In this document: piece by piece, positions 1 through 12,784 of the stretch | Layout of the letters: each line of letters opens with the position of its first letter | Numbering within the stretch: position 1 is the first letter of the stretch | NCBI RefSeq assembly: GCF_006345805.1 | Contig: NC_043009.1 | Span: 69,068,001-69,132,000, forward strand | Direction of reading: 5' to 3' | Length of the DNA stretch: 64,000 nt | Origin: Octopus sinensis | Lineage: Eukaryota | Notes under the pieces: generated by a model | What the model saw: the letters and a program-made list of their open reading frames with translations, nothing else | The model's database searches: none | What the model was told of the DNA's origin: nothing | Position numbers and translations under genes: made by a program

Positions 1-45
1 TGTGTCTAAGAAATATATTTATTACTTTTTACCTCAATATAATAA

Positions 46-416
46 ACTAGCACTATGACCCGGCAACACCAGGTCATAGTGCAAGTGCATGCATATACAG
101 CTGCATGCGTGTGCACATACACACGAGTACTGTCCAAATCTCAGACCAATCACATACGGCTAAACTGGCATTCAATTGACGTATCAAATTTCGGGCATTT
201 TGATTGGGTTTTGGATAGAAAATTCATAAAAAGTCACTTCTATTGATTTTTTTAATGGCTTTGCAGGGTGACTGGGGAAATGTAAAGATGTGCACGACCA
301 CCCTTGGACGGTTTTGAATGACCATAGAAAGTGCGAGCCCTCTAACTGAAACATTGTGGATTTGTATAAAGGACACGCACACAGACAGACAGGCATTTTG
401 CTGTTTATATATAAAG
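46..416 (+). mobile_element. Non-autonomous Helitron-like element (Lep1/HINE-like), copy 1
   Basis: Starts ACTAG followed by an 11-bp hairpin GCACTATGACC/GGTCATAGTGC (50-60/72-82). Ends with a (CAGA)n tract and TTTATATATAAAG. Family assignment is by end structure only. Confidence 0.5.
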
Positions 417-1053
417 ACTAGCAGTATCGCCCGGCGTTGCTCGGGTTTGTAAGGGAAATAACTATATAAGCATTTTTAGAGAGTTATAGCCAAAAAATAG
501 CAAAAAATGCATTAAAAATGGAAAAAATATGATGGTAAATTTTTTTAAAATCGTTGACTCATCGTAGACATTTTTAGAGAGTTACTTCCCTTATATAATA
601 GCGAAAAAATGCATTAAAATGGAAAAAAACGATGGTAAATTTTTTTTTAAATCGTAGACTCATGTAGACGCTTTCTTAGCCATTTCTGTTTTGGTGTCTT
701 CAAGCCATGAAGTCGTTGTTCTAAAAGAACACTGGTCTCCTTGACAACGCATTACGACGTTGATTTCCTTACACTCCCTTCCCCACAGGTGCAGGTGTGA
801 CCATGGACGCCAACTCCGCCGCCATCGACACACTAAAAATTATGCATTAAAATGGAATAAAAAATGATGTTAAATTATTTTTTAAATCGTAGACTCATCG
901 TAGACGCGCGCTAATATTCAGACGGGCTCGATATGAATCACGACTATAAGCTACCCGAATTTGGTTAAACTGCACCGCAAAATGTGGGAGTAGTTAGGAA
1001 TCTAAATCGAAGGGGACAGACACTCACACAACTACAGTTTTATATATATAGAT
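417..1053 (+). mobile_element. Non-autonomous Helitron-like element, copy 2, with internal ~100-bp subrepeats
   Basis: Starts ACTAGCAGTATCGCCCGG...CGGG and ends GACAGAC...TTTTATATATATAGAT. Three related subrepeats (~472-569, 570-669, ~835-907) end in AAATCGT(A/T)GACTCAT(C)GTAGAC. Confidence 0.55.
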
Positions 1054-1064
1054 ATACATAGCGC

Positions 1065-1475
1065 AGTAGTGGTGAGATGTGACAGCAAAGAAAAGCATAC
1101 ATTCACTCTCTGCATGCAATTAGACTCGGAAAGTTTGTGAGGAACACATTGACCCAATTTGCTGACTTTTCCGATAGCACACAGGTCTCAATGAATGGTT
1201 GAATGACCAAATCCAAGCTTCTCTGCTAGTTCCTCAACAGTTACGATGAGATTTTGTTCCACCAGGGTTTTCAGGATGTCCTTGTCGAGTTCTACAGATC
1301 TTTCAGGATGAGGCTCGTCTTCTAGGCTGTAGTTTATGGCTTGGGATTTCTGGAACCACCATTGACACAGCCTTACGCTTATTGTCCAATCCCCATATAC
1401 TGCATTAATATTTCTTGTACTTTGCACACATTTATATTCTGTTATTCTTTTATATGTTTCAGCCTTGAGGTTGTG
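1065..1475 (-). mobile_element. Decayed mariner transposase fragment (N-terminal HTH region)
   Basis: Translation RNINAVYG...CQWWFQK...SLEDEPHPERSVELDKDILKTLVEQN...EELAEKLGFGHSTIH*DLCAIGKVSKLGQCVPHKL includes a WVPHEL-like motif. It has an in-frame stop. Confidence 0.85.
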
Positions 1476-1656
1476 GCCATGCTGGATCATGTGTGTGTGT
1501 GTGTGTGTGTGTGTCTATCTGTCTGTCTGTCTGTATGTATATATGTATATGTATGTGTGTGAACAATAATATTTTCAACAGATGTGTTGCAAATGTATCT
1601 GATTGTTCTCAAGCTTCAATACTGTGTGTGTGTATGTGTGTGTGTATGTATGTATG

Positions 1657-1692
<36 letters not shown>

Positions 1693-1710
1693 TGTGTGTA
1701 TGTATGTATG

Positions 1711-1749
<39 letters not shown>

Positions 1750-2789
1750 ATGTATGTATGTATGTATGTATGTATGAGTGTATGTTTACTTTATTACTAA
1801 CACAAGCCACTACGGTAAAGTCTTCCTCAAATCACTCTCTCTCTCGATATTTACTCTCTTCCAAGAACATTTTCACTCACTCTTAGCTCTTAGCTTCCCA
1901 TACATTTTACTCATGTATCTATCAGCGTCATAGACAGAATACTTTCAGTTTAGTCTTCCTCAAATCACTCTGTCGCTCTTTACTTTCATTTTATTCGTTG
2001 CCCACTGTGTGTGTGCGTTTGCGTGTGGTGTAAACCAGACTAAGAAAAGCATTTGACACACACACCAGAATGTGAGTTTTCTGTAAATTTTGCTTAATTG
2101 GAGTTTAAATTTTAAAAACTGGACCTGGCATGACGTGATGCATTGTACTCTCAAAAATGCTAGGTAAATTGTAATTGAAGAAATCCTATATTGTAGATTT
2201 GTATAACTCCCAAAGGGAGGCAGATAAAATCTGCCTTTTATAATAAGAGATATCAGGCCATTTGGTAGCAAATATATTTCTGCATTCCCTCAGTCCGTTT
2301 GAGCCCACAACCATTTACTCTGTGTAGATCAACATGTCCCTTATTCTATAGAAGTGTTATTGATGTTGTTGTTTACTCCCAAGCCATCCCTGAGTGAGCA
2401 GCAGAGTTATGATCAGAGACGTTCCAGTTGTGACCATCCTGTCTTTCTCTCAGCAAAGTGCACCTAGACTGCATTGTCCACGGTGTTCTTCTTTCCTAAG
2501 ACAATGGAGGACGATTTGAGGAAGGTTTGACTGTGTCGGTTCATGTTCCATAGAGTGATGTGTCTCTAACGATCTCTACATTTCACAGCTGTAGGTTAGA
2601 GTTAAGAGGGTTATCTCCCTTGTGTGCTAGTTCTCCAACCATGGCTCACACACACTTCCTATTACCTGTGCTCTCCCTTATTGTCTCCACCTTCTCCTCC
2701 TCTAAAATTGATATTCACCATTGACCAAGCCTCTGCTTAGGTTCACTGTCCACTGCATTCATCTCTATCTGCATTTCTACCCATCTTAA

Positions 2790-3875
2790 CCCTTTCGTTA
2801 CCAAAGCGCCCAAAGCCGCCCGAAAAAAATTTTGGTTTATGAGACCAAACCGCCCAAAGCCGCCCGAATTTACCTATTCATATTTAAATGAGAATATCAG
2901 AGCAAATCTCTTCAGTACATTCGTGAAAACACGTATTATACTTCGTAAACAGTTCAACTACAGTTTTGTACAATAATCGAAGTGTAATTTTAATTCCGTG
3001 AATTTTGGGAGATTTTTTTCCGAAATTTGTTCCTATTGTGTTTTCAAAATTTGTAATTCTGACAAAAAATGGATACAAATTTCATTATATCAAGCAGCGA
3101 GTCAGAATTCGAAGGATTTTCTACTGAAGACCTTCATAAATCTAACTCTATGACTGAAAAAAAAAAGCATGTGGTATTTGATAATGAATCTGATGTTTCA
3201 TTTTCCGAAAGTGAAAACAGTGAATCTGAGATCTCCGATAGCGATAAAGAAAACGAATTGGCACCTGAATGGAGTGAAAATTTAAAAACTGTTTCTTTCG
3301 GTGATTTTTCTGAAGAAACTGGACCAAGCCACAGACTTTCCCAGAAGGGTAAAGCCTTAGACTATTTCTATTTACTTTTTCGAATGAGCCTATTTGAAAT
3401 CATTACGGCAGAAATGAACCGTTATGCTAAACGTAAACAAAACGAAAGAAAGGATAGTTTGTGGTTTCCCACAACCTTAAATGAAATTAAGACTATTTTG
3501 CCATAAATATTATTATGGGTATCAGAAAGTTACCCAGAATAACAAATTCTATCGTAAAATTTTGTTGTATACCCAATTGAATATTAGCTAATAACCCATT
3601 TTCTATAGCGATGTTTGAACAAAATTTTAATAATTTTATATTTTGTGGAATTTACCTGTATCTACCTGCGATTAGAGTCACTTTGTGACAAAAATTATAG
3701 TATAGAATTGGTTGAGAATATTTTATTAAATTATCTTCCAAAAATCAGATTAATATATCGATAAATAAAAAAGTTATAGTTGTTTAATGAAACCAGACTA
3801 AATTTATGATTACGTTAGAAATTAATTGAAACACATAAGGGGTGTAATTTGGTCAGAAATATAGTAACGAAAGGG
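2790..3875 (+). mobile_element. Internally deleted piggyBac element with N-terminal transposase remnant (ORF 3069-3506)
   Basis: TIRs CCCTTTCGTTAC (2790) and GTAACGAAAGGG (3864-3875), flanked by TTAA on the left and TTAT on the right. An acidic N-terminus is followed by PGBD-like LDYFYLLF...EMNRYA...WFPTTLNEIK, continuing out of frame as IIMGIRKLP. Confidence 0.88.
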
Positions 3876-4075
3876 TTATACTCGCATTTCATACCCTCCT
3901 CATTCACCCTATCCAATCCTTGAGACCACATCTCTTATATTCTCCTTCCTGCAACTTTAGAATATGCTCTGACACCTCTTCATCACCATCTTCTCTCTTT
4001 TTCCAAATGGTATATATATATATATATATGTATGTATATATAATCAAAATAAGCAACAAATATATCCGAGGTAAT

Positions 4076-4169
4076 GTGGTACGATCGTTTCATGCTACTT
4101 CATTTTATTAAACACTGTAAGTATTACATCATTACATCAGTTTTAAAATGTCGAGCAATCTTCAGCCAC
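4076..4169 (-). ncRNA. Type I hammerhead ribozyme motif, family 1 (long stem II, palindromic stem III ACGAUCGU, GUA site)
   Basis: Minus strand: GTGG CTGAAGA ttgct...agcat GAA ACGATCGT A CCAC. Stem I is GTGG/CCAC. Stem II has TGCT/AGCA, CATTTTA/TAAAATG and an inner TGTAA/TTACA hairpin. The stem II closing pair is a U-U mismatch. Confidence 0.7.
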
Positions 4170-7100
4170 TTATAGAAATTTTCCAATCAAATGGACAATG
4201 TACATTCTTATCCCTATTTCGTTTGCCAAAATAATAAAGAGGGTAGATATATAGACAGAGGGGTTGATTTCATTCTTAAGAACATGATAGTAGTAAATTT
4301 ACTCTCTGACTGTAGATTTTTTCACTATATATATATATATATATATCCTCTACTGCAAACATCTGTACCTGTCTCCTCCTGCTCATCACCAGGCATAAAG
4401 CCACCTCCCTCAACTGATGGGTCATGTCTTGTGTGTTACTTGTTTGCCTCAATAGTGCTGGTGCCACATAAAAAGCACCCTATCCACTCTGTGAAGTGGT
4501 TGGCATTAGGAAGGGTGTGCAGCCATGGAAACCATGCTACAGCAGACATAGGGGCTTGGTACGATCCTTTTTCTCGTTGGCTCAAACCATCCAACCCAGC
4601 ATGGAACATGGACGTTTAACAATGAGAATGATGAGGAGGAGGAGGAGGGTATCTAATCAACCCTTTATTGGGACTTGATTGATCTTTTATTTCTTCCTTT
4701 TCTTTTGGTTTTCATGTTATTAAATTTATCTATTAGTATCAAAAAACATCAAATTTGTTCCGTCAATTTGTGTGGTGCAGGTTGCACTTTCTGTCTTGGT
4801 TTTATACTAAACCAGAAATTCTCAACCAGGAAATTTCTGGGCTCAACAAAGGTTTAAAGGGCAGGAGGTGGCAGAGGGCCTTGTCCATACGTTCTGTTAA
4901 AAATCTGATGAGATTGCAGTTTAAAATGTAAACTCCGTTATATGTAACTAATATCTTTAACGATATTATGGTTTTGAGTTCTAGACCAGCGATGTGTTGT
5001 GTTCTTGAGCAAGACACTTCACTTCATGTTCTCCCAGTCCACCCAGCTGCTAAAAGTGGGTAATCCTGCAACAGACCAGCATCGTGTTCAAGGAGGAGAA
5101 TATACGCCAGAGAAACCAGGAAACCAGCCCTATGCTCCTTACAGAGAAATGGGAACTAAACCCCACCACATGCACACGTGTGTGTGTCTGTAGGGGTATA
5201 ACTGAAACTGTTGGGGCCTATCGACTGTTGACTATGAAATAAGGGGAATCCCTTAGGAGAAGGTTTGATGAGACCCCTACAGGCTAGACAAATGTCCTAA
5301 TTTTATCTGCACTGAAATAAATCACCTCTGGTCTTCTCAGTAATCCTGGCACTCTCCCACACGGCACACTTTTTCTCTTTCTCCTTTGCTTATCCACTTT
5401 TTCTCCCTCTCTCCTTCATTATTCCACTCTTTCTCTTTCCTCGGTCTCTTTCTCTCGTCTTTCCACTTTCTCTACACCTTCCCCTATCTCTCTCCCCCTC
5501 TCCCCCCTCACCTTCCTCACCCTGCAAGTGTTCACCTTCATTTTCTACTTCTTTTCTTTCCCATTCGCCATTTTCTCTTCTTCTCTCTCTCTCTCTCTCT
5601 CATTACCACTGCCACCACCACCACCACCACTTCTTCCTACACACCCTGCCAGAGTATTTTCAGCAGTTTAAACTTTGCCATCAGTTCATGAGCAAAAGTC
5701 TAAATTTATAAGAAGACAAAAGTCACTTCACTTCAAATATCGAAGCATCTTATCTATTGATCTGTTTTTCTTTTCTTTCCATTTGAGGTTTTTTTAATCT
5801 CTTATCTCCTCCTCCTCCTTCTCCCCCAGTTGTAATCTCAACTCATAAAGAAATCAAATTAGGTTTTATTTTTACTAAACTAATTACTAGTAGGATATTA
5901 GGATAATCATGTTTTTGATTTATATATCCTTCCTCTCTGGGGCTGACTGATTTGATTACAGGCTGCTGGCAACATAGATTTTGGCAGCTTGTTGGTTCTA
6001 CTTCAGAATCGTCTCATCTAAATTAAATAAGTGTTTGCAATATCCGGACCCATGCATTTGCTGTGCAACTGAACTTCTTTCAGAAATGTGCTCTTGTTAT
6101 GGAAACAAAGGGCATATTGAAATGAGCCTACCACAGAGCTTCTGTCTAGTTTGACCTACATGCTGTACGGAACGGCCAACTCTGCCTCCGTAAACTTAAT
6201 TCCCACAGACATGCTGGTTGCTGAACCTGTTAGAAATTGGAGCCAAAACTCTCACACGTCACATCCCGGTTTCTTAAAAAAAGAACACATTGCATAATGT
6301 AGTCCTAGGTAGACTTTGCCTGAGAAAAAGATAGGCTGATCAAGACTGATGACGTGGGACTAAACAAGAAAAATTTCCTACAGTAAAAAAGCAAGAGGGC
6401 TTTCTTAACCCCTTTTACTGCAGAAATCTCATCTATCCACTCAAGGTTTTGTTACCCTTAACTGCAGGAAGCAGTTTTATACACCATTCTTTTATTCTTT
6501 TCAGTCATTTTACTGTGGCGATGCTGGAGCACCGCCTTTAGTCGAACAAATCAACCCCAGGACTTATTCTTTGTAAGCCTAGTATTTATGCTATTGGGGT
6601 CTTTTGCCGAACTGATAAGTTACGGGGATGTAAACTAACCAGCATCGGTATCAAGCGATGTTTGGGGGGAGGGGGGGGGAGAAAGACAGACACACACATA
6701 TATGACGGGCTTCTTTCAGTTTCTTCTACCAAATCCACTCATAAGACTTTGGTCAGCCTGAGGCTGTAGTAGAAGACACTTGCCGACAGTGCCATGCAGT
6801 GGGACTGAACCTGGAACCACGTAGTTGGTAAGCAAGCTACTTATCACATGTTGAAGAAGTCATGTTTGAAACTATTTCCTGTTGAGATTTGTCAAGTTTA
6901 CTGAGGCAGCATGACTTGCAGAAAATACCAATCCTTTGTTTTTTTGGTGGGGGGGGTGTAGATATTTAATGTTATTGAAATAGCCATGAAATTTAATTTT
7001 ATAGCCAAAGGACTTAACCCATTTAATCAAATATATATTTCTTTATTGCCCACGGGGCTAAACATAGAGGGGACAAACAAGGACAGACAAAGGGATTAAG

Positions 7101-7794
7101 TCAATTACATCGAGTCCAGTGCGTAACTGGTACTTAATTTATCGACCCTGAAAGGATGAAAGGCAAAGTCGACTGGCTCCTGTGCAGGTGGCACATAAAA
7201 AACACCATTTGACTGTGACCGTTACCAGTATCGCCTGACTGGCCCTCGTGCTGGTGGCACGTAAAAGCACCCACTACACTGAGTGGTTGGTGTTAAGAAG
7301 GGCATCCAGCTGTAGAAACTCTGCCAGATCAACATTGGAGCCATCTGGATCGCCAGTCCTCGGTCAAATCGTCCGTCCCATGCTAGCATGGAAAGCGGAC
7401 ATTAAACGATGATCATGATAATGAACTCCCTTCTGTGATTCTTCTCTATAGAACTAGAATTGTGTTTGCATTACCATAACATCAATATCCAGTTAACGAA
7501 GACTAAATTCTTGGATATTTCTTTCATTGCTATTGACTTAATGAGTTACACTAATTAAGCCTTTGCTAATTGGTCATGTTTCCAATCAATTTAAAATGTG
7601 CGACAGATCCAAGTCTGGCCTTCCTAGTTTCTCTTTGTTTAAAAGACCTTTCTATGTTCTTTACATCGTACTCAAATGTGCAGGCAGAGCTCTGTGGTTG
7701 AGAAGCTTGTTTCCAATTTTGTGGTCATGTGTTCAATCCCACTGCATGGCACCTTGGGTGAGCATCTTCTGTTTTAGCCTGGGCTGACCAAAAC

Positions 7795-8914
7795 CCTGAA
7801 CATAAATCCCAGATAAAGCTCTAGTGTGTACCTAATTTCTTGAACTAATCATCATCAAAAATAGGTCTGTATTTGTTCACTAAAATTACTAGAGATAGCA
7901 GCCAAATCTTCCTCAACTCACACCCTACAGTCTTAAAAAAAAAAAAGAAGATTGGGTAGATGGAAACTGAAAGAATCCTGGCCTCCGTGTGTGTGTGTGT
8001 GTAACTTCTCATAACTTGGCAGTTTGGCAAAAGAAACTGATAGAATAAGTACTGAGTTTAAAAAGTAAGTCCTAGGGTCGAATTGTTTGACTAAAACCCC
8101 TTCAAGGCAGTACTCCAGCTTGGCCACAGTTCCATGACTGAAACAAGTTAAAGATAAAAATACATGTCTTATATATTTATATCTCACCCAGGGAACAAAA
8201 GCACCATTAGTTTTGGGTACCAAGTGGTCATGTCACAAGTCCACCTCATTTCTGGTGGCAAAAGTGACAAGTGAGTGTCTGTAATTCAGTACAGAACAAA
8301 TATCACAAGGCACATAACGGAATACAACGGAAAAGAAACCAAATCTCTCTCCTCACATCAGATTCTGTACTCTTGGGTGCACTGTGTAACTCGGAAAATG
8401 AGAGGATGATCATGACTAGAATGCTCTTGGTCCTTGGGTTAGGGTTAGGGCTACACAAACAACCCTTAACAAAGCAACGTTTTGCTTGCTTAAAAATGCA
8501 TTTGGAAGTAAAGTGGATGTAACAAGAAAAAAATGTTTTTTTGATGATTCAGTATTTATGTAAGGGTTCATAGATGAATTACCTCCCCTTGTAACAAACT
8601 CCTTCACTGTTGGATAAGTAAATTTAAGAATACAAACTAGTTGTTGTTGATGTTTGCCTTCCAGTCTGGTGCTACGATCAAAGGTACTCCAACAGTGACC
8701 ACCCCATCTTTATTTCAAACATAGTATATCTTAGATTACTTTATTCAAAACATCTCTTTTTTCTTTTTTTTTTTAAGACTGTAGGGTGTGAGTTGAGGAA
8801 GATTTGGTTGCTATCTCTAGTAATTTTAGTGAGCCAATACAGACCCATTTTTGATGATGATTAGTTCAAGAAATTAGGTACACACTAGAGCTTTATCTGG
8901 GATTTATGTTCAGG
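7795..8914. repeat. ~155-bp inverted duplication (arms 7795-7949 and 8761-8914)
   Basis: The arms are reverse complements. I count 4 substitutions and one 1-nt homopolymer indel. Confidence 0.93.
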
Positions 8915-10964
8915 AGTGATCAGAAGGGATAGCTTTATCTGTGAATGTTACTGTGAGGGTGGTGCCTCCAAGATGTCAGATGGGGAGGAAATTCTTCTGG
9001 GTTCCTCACAGGCATAAGATTTTCTGGGTAGGGAACACAGGGGTTGGGGCATGGGTATACTTCTTGCAGATCAAGATTGGAGCATGGTGCAGCCTCCTGG
9101 CTTACCAGTCCTCAGTCAAACCGTCCAACCAATGCCAGCATGGAAAGCGGACGTTAAAGGAAGATTGTGATGATAATAATGTTGTAAAACTAAAGAACAA
9201 TGTATTCTTTGATGCCAAATTGTCCTGATTGAGCTGACCTGTGATCAAGGCATTTCAGCCATGTCCATCTCGTCTTCAGTTTTTAATGCACCCCTGACCA
9301 TGACATCTAATAGTTTTTCTCCCTCTTTAATATAGTAAATTTTGACTTGAGGGAGATTTAGCTACTATTTCTAGCACCTTGTCTATCCATGTAGAATCTC
9401 TTTAGTTGGCTAGAAAATACCTGGATGTATTTGAAGAACTATGAATGATTAAGATTTGATTGGAAAAAACAGTAATCTGTTTTCATTAACTCTTTTCTTA
9501 TCACTTCCTATATTTTAATTAATTTTGAAAATAATGAATTTCATAATATAACTTTGTTATTATTTACCTGGTGTTTTGGAACATGAATTAACATGCAAGT
9601 TTTAATGGAAGAATTATAATTTAGATCACTTTAAAATGAGAAGAGAATGCGGAACCGTCTCCGATGGATTGGTATTGAAAAGGTTGATTGAACATCTCAA
9701 TTGATAGGAGAGCTTAAATATAATAGAACCAGCGAAGGAATTGAGTTGCTGCTTTGTATTGTTCAATACCTACCTAGCAACACTTCATTCCTGCCACTGA
9801 TTAAACAGAAACATGAACACTCAACGACTTTATAATCTCGTCTACTTTCTAGTGTATTACCATTATGATTGACTGGTCTCGTAACAGCCGGCCTCCAGAG
9901 CAGTGTAATGTTTTAATTGAATGAATGAATGAAGAAGTAAATAAATCATGAAAAGGCTTTCACTGATCAATATAAACTTGTCTTACGTATGGTTCAGGCA
10001 TTGTTCTTTGAGGAAATATTTCAGCGTCTCTGTCAGATTAGAGATAAATTTAATGTAATAATACTTTGCAATATTGTAAGAGAATCAAAACTGCAATTGT
10101 TTTTGATTTGATGTATAACGTTTTTATAAGAACCTGTAGCAACTTCTTTTCTCATCTGATGTGTATCTTTATTTCTTTAGCCCCAACACCCTCGGCCATA
10201 CATTCTGCTGCTTCTACACAGCAACAGCAGCAGCAGCTGAGTTTTTTTTTTTTGATGTATTCTAACAGATGTCTTTGCTCATTCAGGTGAAATTATCTCT
10301 CAGATAATAGTGTCTTAAAACATATAAAAAGTGGTGGTGGTCATGGTGGTGGGATAATTAAGAATGAAAGAAATAAAAGATTAATTGTTGAGAAAATAAC
10401 AACAGCCCTAAAATATTTTGTGTTGCAGGAATTAGATGTGATAATCTTTTGTCGTTCACCTGTTTCAGTCATTGGACTGCGGCCATGCTGGGGCACCAAC
10501 ATAAGAGGTTTTTAGTCAAACAAATCAACCACAATACTTATTTTTAAGACAGGATACTTAATTTTATCACTCACTTTTGCTGAACCACCAAGTTATTGTG
10601 ACATAAACAAACCAACACCTGATGTGAAGCAGTGGTGGGAAACAAGCACACACACACACACGTTGGGCTTCTTTCTGTTTCCATCTTCCAAATTCACTCA
10701 CAAGGAGTTGGTTGGCCTGAGGTTATAATAGAAGACTCTTGCCCAAAGTGCTGTGCGGTGGAACTGAACCCAAAACCACATGGTTGGGAAGCAAGCTTCT
10801 TCACCACACAACCACACCTGGTATTGAAGTGCAATAAATGGAATTTCAAAATGTAGGAACAAAATTTTGTAAGGAGAACAATAATGACTCAAAAGCAAAA
10901 GCAGATATACCCACCACCACCACCACCACACACACGCATTTGATTAGGGGGGTGGGGAGGGAAC

Positions 10965-11690
10965 GGTTGATTATATCGAGTCCAGTATATAACTGGTATT
11001 TATTGTATTGAGTCCAATGAGGCTGTGGAACCCGAAGTTGACTCCAGCTGGAAATGAATTCAGAATGTAAATGCCACAAGACATTTTGTCTGTTGCTCCA
11101 CCGATTTTGCCTGTCCACTGACTAACCTTACCACGAGAACAATAATAATTAATTCTTTTATGAATAATAACAATAACAACAACAATGCTTCCTACTATAA
11201 CCACAAGGCCTGAATTTGTGGGGGAGGGAGGGGGGTCTAGTGGATTATATCAATCTCAGTATGTAACCAGTGCTTATTTCATTGACCCTGAGAAGAGGAA
11301 AGGCAAAGTCAACCTTGGCAGAACTTGAACCCAGAATGTAGCAACAGGTGAAGTACTGCTAAGCATTTCATCCTGCGCTCTAACGATTCTGCCAGCTCAC
11401 CACCTTAATAAGAATAACTATAGTTGTGGTGTCAATTAATAATAATAATGATAATAATAATTCATTTCTTTATTGCCCACAGGGGTGCTAAGCATAGAGG
11501 GGACAAACAAAGGGATTAAGTCGATTATATCGACCCCAGTGTGTAACTGGTATTTATTTAATCGACCCTGAAAGGATGAAAGGCAAAGTCAATCTTGTTG
11601 AAATTTGAACTCAGAACGTAGCGGCAGACGAAATACCACTAAGCATTTCACCCTGTGTGCTAACAATTCTGCCAGCTTGCCAGCTTAATA
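10965..11690 (-). mobile_element. Cluster of three tRNA-derived (TTA)n-associated SINE copies
   Basis: Repeated reverse-complement matches to the abundant ggcggtgagctggcagaa...gagttcaaattcc...ctttgcctttcatcc...ctggggtcgat consensus, separated by (AAT)n. Confidence 0.8.
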
Positions 11691-12734
11691 ATAATAATAA
11701 TAATAATAATAACAATAATAATAATAGTTGTTGTGTCAAATAATAATAATAAAAAACCTATTTTGTATCACCTTTTACTTAACACTCCTGATATACTAGT
11801 AGTGGTTGCGGTGGTGTTGGCAGTGGTGGTGGTGGTAGTTATTGCTGCAGTATAAATGGAGTAGCGTGTGCAATATATTTCTTAAAATCTCCATTACAAG
11901 ATTTATGTGTTCTTGTGCCTGGACAAATGTTTTTTTCTTTCTTTCTTTTTTTTTCTTCCATTTATCAAAATATATTAATATATTAAAACACGTTATGTTG
12001 GATGTTTGGGTCAGCTCAAGAAATGATATCGGAATCCAAATCCAAAGGTCATATCTCAGTTTTGTTTTTGTTTAGCTTTGCCGCTGCCATTGCAGGAATT
12101 TTCTTTAAAGCCACAGTCTGTCTCTTATGTTTAATGTAGGAGCTTCTAGAATGGTTATCGAACCTGCTAGAAACAGCAATGAAATTCCCTCAGCTAACAC
12201 ACCACTGTCTTCAGTACATAAAGGTCATATTAGACATGCAGATAGGATAGTCATGATTGGAATGTCTTTTGATCAAAAGTTTGCTCAGTTAAGACTGGGG
12301 TGTTACACATTAACAACAAAACATACAATAACATTGTATGTCATCATCATTTAATGTCTCTTTTCCATGCTGTTATGGGTTGGACGGTTTGACTGAGGAC
12401 TGGCAAACCAGAGAGGATCCATTTGTCTGTTTTGGCCCTGGTTTCTGTGGACGGCTGCCCTTCCTAATGCCAACCACTCTACAGAGTGGCACTGGGTGCT
12501 CTTCATGTGGCACCAGCATGGGTGCGTTTTACCTGGCATCAGTGCAGATGCTTTATATGCAGCTGGGTGTTCATATAAAGACATAGCAAAGCCAGCTGGT
12601 TGTGAAGTTTATTTTGTAATGACAAATCTTGAGTTTGACCCCAGTGCAAAGCATCATGGGTAAATGACTTTTACCCTACATCAAGAACCTTACCTATTCT
12701 CATTAATCCCTCATCTCCTTACATAAAACTACCC

Positions 12735-12784
<50 letters not shown>

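Noticed and set aside
10174-12354. Exon-like segments (APTPSAIHSAASTQQQQQQ at ~10180; ORF 12127-12354)
   Set aside because: No recognisable homology, weak donors, and no consistent multi-exon frame could be built.
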